A stretch of 38,746 bases of DNA from a virus, in IMG/VR virus record IMGVR_UViG_3300045988_141642, one strand, 5' to 3'. Numbering within the stretch: the stretch's first letter is position 1; the number at the start of each line of letters is the position of its first letter. A model generated the notes under the pieces. The model had not been told where the DNA came from and did no database searches. It worked only from the letters and a program-made list of their open reading frames with translations. This document shows positions 1-7,267 of the stretch, in pieces. The translations under genes and the position numbers were made by a program.

Positions 1-55
1 CCCGCAGCGTGTCCAAAACCTCCTGGGCGTATTCGTCACGCACCGTGTGTTCCGG
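1..55. repeat. Terminal direct repeat copy 1 (assembly overlap of a circular genome)
   Basis: Positions 1..55 (cccgcagcgtgtccaaaacc...caccgtgtgttccgg) are base-for-base identical to 38692..38746. Confidence 0.95.
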
Positions 56-3000
56 AGTGCTATCCAGCAGCTCATGGGCAATTTCTTTCGCCTGGTCCAT
101 GACAGACGAAAAGGTCACATCATCGTTGTTGCCAATGTAGTCAAACAGCCCTTTCAGCTGCACCATCAGGCGGGGTGTGTCCATCTTGCTGCCGGTGGAC
201 TTTTTCAGCTGCCGGGCCACACGCTGTACCTGAGTTTGAGAAGTATGGTGCCCGGTCTCCAGCTCCTGACTGTCAAACACCTGGCGCAGAGTAATGTTCA
301 TCTCGTCCAACCGCTTGTCATCCCGCAGCAGAGAAGTACGCCCGGTGTCGTCTATACTCTTGGACTTGCGACTGTCAGCGTTTAGTCCTTTTTGCAGCTG
401 ATCATTACGCACATTTTCAGGAGTTCTTCCTCCGTTACCGTTCCCTTCTTCTCGTAACGATCCGCGATTGAATTCAACATCGTGATGAAATTCTCTTTGC
501 TGCTTCCCAGATAGGTTACTATTGTCCCGATTGCCGTCTCTGAAGCGTCTAATGAGATCAGCAGCTCGATAAGAAGTTTTGCCAGATCCGTTCTGGACTG
601 ACTTTCTAAGTTCATTGTACTCTCTCCTTGCAGTTGTATCCAATGGTTTGTACACTAAAATATCCCTTGTGGGCGTATCCAGCATTTTGTAAGCATAAAA
701 TCCGCTGCCAATGGTAATGCAGCGCACCTCATTCATGTGGCGGTCTGCGTCCCAAGTCATAACCTCACGCTTTAAGTCCGCATACCGCTTTTTGCCGGTG
801 GTGTTAATCACATCATATCCAGCCTCGTCAAATTCGTCAACCTCTATTTGCTTTGAGTACCGAATATCGGACTGATCTGTAAAGCGTTTACTGGGCGGAA
901 TGATCTTACCGTCATTGTCATAGGTGATTGTATCCGCAGACTTTACCGCATTGGGATTGAAGGCGACATAGACATCTGCTTCTCTGTCGCTGGGGACTTT
1001 GACATTTTCTCCGCCACTGTCTTTAATGCGCTTAAAGACAATGCCGTCATAGCCGCTGGCCTTTGCGTACTCGGCAATATCCCGGGTTGTCGTGAGCCGC
1101 TTATCCATCTTGTTGTCCGTCAAAGTACCCAACGCCTGCTGCGCTTCCGCTGCAGTATTCCAGTTCATTTTGCCGTCAATCCACGCCGGCTGCATGGTAT
1201 TGCGGTCAAAGACTTGGTATGCGCCGTACTGGTTTCGCACTTCGTATCGATCCTGTGGCACTCTGTAATCCAGCCCATTCCAGTAATCGCCGAAAGCATC
1301 CACCACCAACGGATTTTCCAGCTTAGCATACAAGGAATAATTACCCTTGTTGATACACTGCTTCAGTCTGTTTTTGGCTTCTTCCACAGAGAGCAAGTCA
1401 ATACTATATCCGCCTAAGGCTTTTTCAACAATCATCGGTTCTGCATGGTCCAGTTGACGCACCTGATTGAGCAGTCGAACATCCTGTTCAGCTTGACTGA
1501 TCCTTTGGCTTTGTTCCGCGCTGTTGCGGAATGTATCTCCATGGTGCAGTAGCATATAGATCTTGGTGGACAGCTGGTCATAACTGTTTTTATCCAATGC
1601 ATTTTTCAAGTCTTGCAACTTGCGCACGGTCTCTCCGTCACCGTTAAACTGTTCAATTTCCCGATCGACTTCGCCTTTCAGCCATTCCAATTCACCATTC
1701 ACATGCGTGATCAGGTCGTTTCTTCCCTGCATATCCATAACGGAGTAATCGTAGTCCACCGTAGGCTCTTGAGCGTGTTGATTAAGCAAGGTCGCCAGTT
1801 CTTTATTGGACACCGTGTCCACATCCACCTGGTTGCGCTCACTGATCTTTTTACCGCCTTCCACGCCGGAATAGGTAGAAGCGATCACCGGGTCGCTGGT
1901 CATAAAAATACTGCGACCATCACCCATTTTATTCAGGTCAAATTCAGTAAAGCCAAACTGACTGGTTCCGTGATATAGCTTTACCGGTTTGCCGTCTGCA
2001 TCGGTATATGCGCCCCATTCTTTTGCCTGCTGCTCAATGATCTTTGCCTTTTGCTCTTCACCGGCTCGCTGGTATTCCCGATCCACTTCCAAGGAATGCC
2101 GGGTGTCATTTTTGCCGTTCTGTGCATTTTTTTGCTCGTTCTGCATAGAATGAGTATTGACATCAGGTCCATTTTGTGTTACCTTGTTGTCAGACGCAAT
2201 CCCTTGCTTAAAAGGCTTCCTGCTATTTGCATAGCCTTGAGGGGTTGCGTTTTTTATTTTCACATCTGCCTTCCGCATATCCACGATATCATAGAACACC
2301 ATCGCGTTCTGTGTGGTTATGCCAATAATCACATCAGCGGTATATCCGTTTTCACCAACCTTAAGGAGCACATCAGAATGTGCAAACTGCTTGAAGCTAT
2401 CATTTCGGCTGTGCTTCAAGTCTTCAATCTTTTTGTTTTTGCCGGATTTCAGGATCTCATCCAAATTCTGTGCGGATAGCAGTTTATCTTTGTAGGCTGT
2501 CTTTTCCTTTGCTTTAAGGTACTGAGAGTATTTTGAATTCAAAAACTCATTTTTGCTAATGGCATTTACTTTGACTACGCCACCCCACAAATCTACACCT
2601 GATTTATATTCAGACAAAATATTTTTGATTTTTGTCGCCCACCGCGACTTGGACACGCCAGCCAGTACATCATTATCAATAACGACACACGGTTCGCCGT
2701 CTTCTGTAATTTCAATAGAATGGCGAATTTCGGACTGACTATTTTCTGCTTCACCGCCATGCTTACCTTCTAACATTCTTTGGCGGTTGTCAATGGCATT
2801 GTCCAGTGCGTTAAAGAAGTTATCCAGCACCGGCACCTGCTGCGCCGCCTTTTGACCGGCTCGCGCAGTGGTATTCAGTGTGCCCTGTCCCTCAATTACG
2901 CTGCGCACAGCGTCCAGCAGCTTTGTAAAGAAGTCCTTGATCTTTTCCACAACGGACTTCTTTTCTTTTTGGGTCAGGTCGGTATCTTCCGCCAGCCACT

Positions 3001-6000
3001 TGGCGAACTTCTCGCCGCCCTCCTGCGTGCTGGCTTCACCACTGATGAAGTCAAAGATCATCTCGCTGACGGCATCTTCAATAGAATACTGCTTGCCGTT
3101 CTCGCTGTACCCATCTACATATTTCTGCAGCAGGTCAATCTTGTCATCGTGCGCATAATCGCCGGTTGCCAGCATATACTCCACAATCGGCCGGCAGGCG
3201 TCCATCATTTCCGCCGTGTTGTAGGCGTGGGTGTACTCGCCCAGCTCGTGCATAAGTGTGGCGTAGATATGCCCACTGTCCGGGTTCAGCACCACCTTGC
3301 CATTGGCAGGATCAATATAGCCGTTATCGTTGCTTTCCAGGCTGCCGTCCAGCACAATATCCAGCTTGGTCTTGGCCGCCACACGATCCAGGACTTCCTT
3401 TTCCTGCGGGGTAACCGTAGCTTCTCTGGTCAGCGTTACAACGCCGCCCTGGTTCTTGTTTGCTTTGGTAACGGCGGTCTTGGTGGTGCCGATCTCCTTA
3501 GACTGCTCCTGACCGCTCAGGAACAACTCATTGGCAGCACCACGGTCCATAATCCCCATTTCAATCGGTGCAGACAGTGTATTGGCTGCCTGGTCAAATG
3601 TAATCTTGCCTGACGCACCGGCGTTGTAAAAGCTCTCCGCCGCGTGCAGATAGGAATAAGGGTTGACCTTGCTGTCGTAATTTTTTACCAGCGCATAAGC
3701 GCCCAGGGAGCCAAACTTGGCAGCGCTCTTGTAAACCGCCTTGGTGTTGGGGTTGTTGAACTGCAAATAATCCGTGGTGGTCTTCGTACCGTCTTGCAGC
3801 TCGACCACGGTATGGCCGTCCTGGACCTTAAGGACGCCTTTCACTTGGCTCTCCGGCACAGGCTCTGCCCGCTGCAAGTCCACCGGCGTGGCAGCTTCAG
3901 TGACCAGCGCATTATAACTCGTGTCCGCAGAGCCGTGCTCAGTCTCTCTCTGTTCGGCAGGTTCTTGTTCTAAGCGTTCCTGCTCCAACTGGGCAATTTC
4001 AGCCTCAGTGATACCACCATAGGTGTCCTTAAACTCATTATACCCTTTTGCTTTTGGGTTTACAAGCAGTTCATTCATATATGCAGCAGAAGAACCGCCA
4101 CGCAGCATTTCATAGGCCATACTGCGGGTAGTGGATTGTGCCCAGTCGGTGCTATTGTCCTGCAACTCGGCGTACAGGGCCTTTGTGGTCTTGTCCCCTT
4201 TAATCTTCCCTTCGCCGTCGAAATAGCTACTCACAAAGCGGCTGGCGGCCTTGTTCACATTCTTAACGCCGCTGTCTTGCAGCCGTTGGCGCACAGCGTC
4301 CTCCAACACGATCTTTTGAGCCTGCGTAGTCGCAGCATCATCGCTGGTCTGCATTTCCATAGCCAGCTTGCCCAGCTGCCGCTTGGATATAGTTTTGCCG
4401 CTATCCTCTGCATCAGCCAGCTCGGCGGCAATGCGATACAGCTTAGAATTCTTATCTGCTGTCAGCCCGGCGTCAATCAACTCTCCAGCATTCCCGCTGC
4501 GGCGCAAATTCTTGCCATAAATATCCTGCTGCAAATGCCGTTCTCCGGACATGATTGCTTCGTTTGCGCCGCTCATCGCCATACCGGACAGGCCACCGGC
4601 TAAGAAAGCTGATAAATCTTCTTGCCCCGCCATAGACACGACTTTGGCAAGCGCCTGGGAATTGCTCAATCCCTGGGCACGGCATTCATCAAAAGCAGCC
4701 ATCATTTTGCTTTGGTTGCCGTTTGCCAGTGTATCGACAATGCGATCAAGGATATTACTGGCTACTTCTTCCGAACCCTCTGCCGCAAAACTCTTTGCAA
4801 GGCGTGCAAACACATTGCCACCGGCACCGAGGATCGCACCTAAGCCGAGTTTTTCTGAGATATATTCAACCGCGCCATACAGTGCACCTACGCCCAGCGC
4901 ACGATCGTCAGAAAAGCCCTGCTCTTTCATATCTGTAACTGTCTGCGTTGCCATTTGTGAAGCCATAATCAAGGAAGATGCGTTCGCGGCAATCTTTTTA
5001 GCGCTATTCAGCACCTTACTTGAACTGCCCTTGACTGGGAGTTTAATTCCAAGTCCCTGACCTACAGCCATAGAAGCGACAGAGTCTGCCATGGACATAC
5101 CGGTATCATAAATCCATGTGCCGATATTTCCCTGACTTGTATTCTTATCTTTCCAAAAATCCTGCTTTGCAATGGCTTCACCGGTTGTCTTTCGTGTATC
5201 AGAAGACATCTTGCCGGCAAGGTTAGCCAGGTCGTATGTATCGCCTACGCTGCCACCAACGGCTTTGGCGGCAGCGTCCACAATATATCCGGGTGCATTC
5301 ATCAAATTTTCACCGACTGTCGCAGCATTTGCAAGAATCGCTCCTGTTACGCCGTCTTGAGCCATTTTTCTCTGAGACAGAACGGTGGCGTCCGTTGCTT
5401 TTCGTTCAAGGTCTTTATTGATGGCTGAAAGATACTCGTGCGCTGCTTCAGCACCATTTGTGTTGTACAGATAATTGAACACCCCGCGCTGCTCGTCTGT
5501 CATCTGATTGTATTTGGTATCGTCCATCGCCTTGTTCATGCGGTTGCCCCAAAAGGCGATACCGCTCGCGCCAACCGGTGCCACGGCACTTCCAACGGAC
5601 TCTGACAGTCCATTAACAGCTCGATACACGCTGTCCTGATTGGACTTGTCGATCTGCTTTGACTTGTCAGCAAAATCTTTTTGATTAGGAATATCCGAAT
5701 ATTTGTCAACGATTTTTTGTCGCCGCTCGTACTCCTCCATCTCCTGTATCTTCTTATCATATTCATCCAGCGCAGCCATGTGCCGATTGGCTTCTTCCTG
5801 CATTTTTGCGGCGCGCTCGCTATCCGTCCGCTCCAATGCGATACCAATCAGCTTCTCTATGGTGTTGCGTGTTTGACCACCATACTGCCGTGCATAGGAC
5901 CTGCGCTCATCCTGCAAGCGTTCAAGATCACTCCGATCATCGGCTGCACGGATAATTTTGCGCCGCTGTGCAAGACTCTCCTCCTGCGTCTGCTGATGAT

Positions 6001-6196
6001 ATTCAGGCACTTCATTACGCCTATAGCTATTGCGAGCCAATACATCAGCGATCTCCTCTTCCGGGTCGTCATACTCATATCTTTTCTTTTTCGGATCGTA
6101 AAATCTGGAATTTTTTCTTGTGTCCTCAGCAACGCGCTCAGCTGCGCCGGAATGCTGTACCACTTTGGCAAAATTTTTGCTTTTTCTAATATCCAT
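1..6196 (-). CDS. Giant virion polyvalent/internal-core-like protein, N-terminal part. This is one 3,442-codon ORF that wraps through the circular junction and stops at 34559.
   Basis: ATG at 6196 has GAGGA 8 nt upstream and lies 17 nt after the stop of 6213..7256. Hand translation of the minus frame (codon first bases at positions = 1 mod 3) gave MDIRKSKNFAKVVQHSG... with no stop down to position 1. Frame checkpoints at 5563, 3253, 2731, 2107, 1978, 868 and 43 all agree. The ORF track omits it because its stop lies beyond the window edge. Track ORFs in 47..6200 are antisense or off-frame. Confidence 0.8.
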   Translation of the reverse strand, partial: MDIRKSKNFAKVVQHSGAAERVAEDTRKNSRFYDPKKKRYEYDDPEEEIADVLARNSYRRNEVPEYHQQTQEESLAQRRKIIRAADDRSDLERLQDERRSYARQYGGQTRNTIEKLIGIALERTDSERAAKMQEEANRHMAALDEYDKKIQEMEEYERRQKIVDKYSDIPNQKDFADKSKQIDKSNQDSVYRAVNGLSESVGSAVAPVGASGIAFWGNRMNKAMDDTKYNQMTDEQRGVFNYLYNTNGAEAAHEYLSAINKDLERKATDATVLSQRKMAQDGVTGAILANAATVGENLMNAPGYIVDAAAKAVGGSVGDTYDLANLAGKMSSDTRKTTGEAIAKQDFWKDKNTSQGNIGTWIYDTGMSMADSVASMAVGQGLGIKLPVKGSSSKVLNSAKKIAANASSLIMASQMATQTVTDMKEQGFSDDRALGVGALYGAVEYISEKLGLGAILGAGGNVFARLAKSFAAEGSEEVASNILDRIVDTLANGNQSKMMAAFDECRAQGLSNSQALAKVVSMAGQEDLSAFLAGGLSGMAMSGANEAIMSGERHLQQDIYGKNLRRSGNAGELIDAGLTADKNSKLYRIAAELADAEDSGKTISKRQLGKLAMEMQTSDDAATTQAQKIVLEDAVRQRLQDSGVKNVNKAASRFVSSYFDGEGKIKGDKTTKALYAELQDNSTDWAQSTTRSMAYEMLRGGSSAAYMNELLVNPKAKGYNEFKDTYGGITEAEIAQLEQERLEQEPAEQRETEHGSADTSYNALVTEAATPVDLQRAEPVPESQVKGVLKVQDGHTVVELQDGTKTTTDYLQFNNPNTKAVYKSAAKFGSLGAYALVKNYDSKVNPYSYLHAAESFYNAGASGKITFDQAANTLSAPIEMGIMDRGAANELFLSGQEQSKEIGTTKTAVTKANKNQGGVVTLTREATVTPQEKEVLDRVAAKTKLDIVLDGSLESNDNGYIDPANGKVVLNPDSGHIYATLMHELGEYTHAYNTAEMMDACRPIVEYMLATGDYAHDDKIDLLQKYVDGYSENGKQYSIEDAVSEMIFDFISGEASTQEGGEKFAKWLAEDTDLTQKEKKSVVEKIKDFFTKLLDAVRSVIEGQGTLNTTARAGQKAAQQVPVLDNFFNALDNAIDNRQRMLEGKHGGEAENSQSEIRHSIEITEDGEPCVVIDNDVLAGVSKSRWATKIKNILSEYKSGVDLWGGVVKVNAISKNEFLNSKYSQYLKAKEKTAYKDKLLSAQNLDEILKSGKNKKIEDLKHSRNDSFKQFAHSDVLLKVGENGYTADVIIGITTQNAMVFYDIVDMRKADVKIKNATPQGYANSRKPFKQGIASDNKVTQNGPDVNTHSMQNEQKNAQNGKNDTRHSLEVDREYQRAGEEQKAKIIEQQAKEWGAYTDADGKPVKLYHGTSQFGFTEFDLNKMGDGRSIFMTSDPVIASTYSGVEGGKKISERNQVDVDTVSNKELATLLNQHAQEPTVDYDYSVMDMQGRNDLITHVNGELEWLKGEVDREIEQFNGDGETVRKLQDLKNALDKNSYDQLSTKIYMLLHHGDTFRNSAEQSQRISQAEQDVRLLNQVRQLDHAEPMIVEKALGGYSIDLLSVEEAKNRLKQCINKGNYSLYAKLENPLVVDAFGDYWNGLDYRVPQDRYEVRNQYGAYQVFDRNTMQPAWIDGKMNWNTAAEAQQALGTLTDNKMDKRLTTTRDIAEYAKASGYDGIVFKRIKDSGGENVKVPSDREADVYVAFNPNAVKSADTITYDNDGKIIPPSKRFTDQSDIRYSKQIEVDEFDEAGYDVINTTGKKRYADLKREVMTWDADRHMNEVRCITIGSGFYAYKMLDTPTRDILVYKPLDTTARREYNELRKSVQNGSGKTSYRAADLIRRFRDGNRDNSNLSGKQQREFHHDVEFNRGSLREEGNGNGGRTPENVRNDQLQKGLNADSRKSKSIDDTGRTSLLRDDKRLDEMNITLRQVFDSQELETGHHTSQTQVQRVARQLKKSTGSKMDTPRLMVQLKGLFDYIGNNDDVTFSSVMDQAKEIAHELLDSTPEHTVRDEYAQEVLDTLR
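382..615 (-). CDS. Candidate overlapping +1-frame ORF (77 aa) inside the giant gene
   Basis: ATG at 615 is preceded by AAGGAGAGAG at about 8 nt. The product looks helical (MNLESQSRTDLAKLLIELLISLD...) and its codon usage is more genome-typical than the main frame over the same nucleotides. It could instead be a +1 frameshift arm or chance. Confidence 0.3.
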   Translation of the reverse strand: MNLESQSRTDLAKLLIELLISLDASETAIGTIVTYLGSSKENFITMLNSIADRYEKKGTVTEEELLKMCVMISCKKD

Positions 6197-6212
6197 AGTT
6201 TTTCCTCGCCAT

Positions 6213-7256
6213 TCAAAACAGTTTTGTACCCAAACTAAAGTTCGGCTTCCCGGGATTGGGCGGTATGCTCACATTGCGTTTCTTCACATGCAGATTACCG
6301 TTTTTATCCTCTTTAATCTCAACCGCCTTGCTATCAATAAGGTAGTCGAATTTTGCCTCGCTGATTGGGCCATACCCCAAAGCGAGTATCTCACTTTTTG
6401 GTACGCCATGATATTCCGGCTTCACCTTATTTTTTCTCTTACCGCCAGTGTCAAAACCAGTACCGGAGCCACCGCGTCCACTGGATCTGGAAGAGCGAGA
6501 AGAGCGTGCAGCCTTTGCAGCCTTTGCAGCCTTTGCAGCTTCCTCCTGCTGCCGTTTCCACTGCAGTACATCCAGCTGGTAATCCTGATCAGCCTTCCAC
6601 TTGGAGAGCGCTCTGTCCGCCTTGCTCTCACCCAAGTTGCCCTCGTATTTAGCCATATCGCTAAGGAAGGACAGGTTATCACTGTATGCCTGGCTATCTA
6701 CCGCACCGGTCTTTTCCACCGCTGCGTCCCACAGAGAGCGTGCATTCTGTAAAGCTTCCACCTTGTCCTGGTACTTTTGGTAATCAAACGCACCGGCCTC
6801 GTTGGCTCGCTGCCCACCGGCGGCTTTATTCTCCATTTCCCCGGAGTGAATTTGGTTTGCCGTAGACAGTTTAGACAGCAAGTCCTCATTCTGACCAGCC
6901 AATCCGTTCATATAGCTCTGCTGGGCAGCAGGAACGGTGTAGTCCGTGTCATAGCCACCGGCCATATTCTCTTCTGCGTTAGTCTGCGTGTCCGCTGCTG
7001 CCAGCTTAGAAAGCGCCGCATAATCTCTGGCGTAATCGCCGAACACATCAGCGTTGCCGAAATTGGAAGACTGGGCACGGCGATTGAGAATATCATCCAC
7101 CGCACCCTCTACCATCTTAGCGAATGTACCGTTACGGTAAGGGCCAATTGCGCTGAGTTTCTTGTCATAGTCGTTCCTGTTTTTCTGTGCATTCTTGGTT
7201 GCCGCAGACTGTTTCACCTTGCCAAGCGCTTTTCTGGTCTTAGAACTGTAACTCAT
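6213..7256 (-). CDS. Low-complexity virion protein (347 aa), internal/ejection-protein-like by position
   Basis: Track ORF with a strong RBS (AAGGAGGAATTGG-ATG). It is Q/N/A/K-rich with AAKAAKAAKAARSSRSSRSS and a basic C-terminal domain, and is tightly packed in the late operon. Confidence 0.75.
   Translation of the reverse strand: MSYSSKTRKALGKVKQSAATKNAQKNRNDYDKKLSAIGPYRNGTFAKMVEGAVDDILNRRAQSSNFGNADVFGDYARDYAALSKLAAADTQTNAEENMAGGYDTDYTVPAAQQSYMNGLAGQNEDLLSKLSTANQIHSGEMENKAAGGQRANEAGAFDYQKYQDKVEALQNARSLWDAAVEKTGAVDSQAYSDNLSFLSDMAKYEGNLGESKADRALSKWKADQDYQLDVLQWKRQQEEAAKAAKAAKAARSSRSSRSSGRGGSGTGFDTGGKRKNKVKPEYHGVPKSEILALGYGPISEAKFDYLIDSKAVEIKEDKNGNLHVKKRNVSIPPNPGKPNFSLGTKLF
6508..6539. repeat. 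9-bp tandem repeat (gcagccttt x3.5) inside 6213..7256
   Basis: Seen directly. It encodes AAKAAKAAKA and is adjacent to a second short repeat encoding RSSRSSRSS. Confidence 0.9.
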
Positions 7257-7267
7257 CCAATTCCTCC

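Noticed and set aside
616-6196. Stop-codon reassignment (recoded late gene) as the explanation for the absence of any long minus-strand track ORF here
   Set aside because: Hand translation shows that the relevant minus frame has no standard stop codon at all. The ORF is missing from the track only because it exits the window at position 1. All other genes read normally in the standard code.
1981-6216. Off-frame minus-strand ORFs inside the giant gene (1981..2172, 4473..4685, 5536..5847, 5857..6216), plus 34768..34971, 35329..35622, 37302..37502, 38254..38445 and 38464..38730
   Set aside because: They are in different frames from the continuous ORF. Their products are basic, Arg/Trp/Cys-rich junk-like sequences without an SD. 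Only 382..615 stood out, and it is reported separately.
47-6752. Numerous plus-strand track ORFs (for example 2780..3613 at 277 aa, 4551..5060, 5681..6238, 6120..6752) covering the first 6.7 kb
   Set aside because: Their products are low-complexity and rich in L/R/C/H. They lack RBSs and lie antisense to a continuous, protein-like minus-strand frame (the giant ORF and 6213..7256). They are antisense shadow ORFs.
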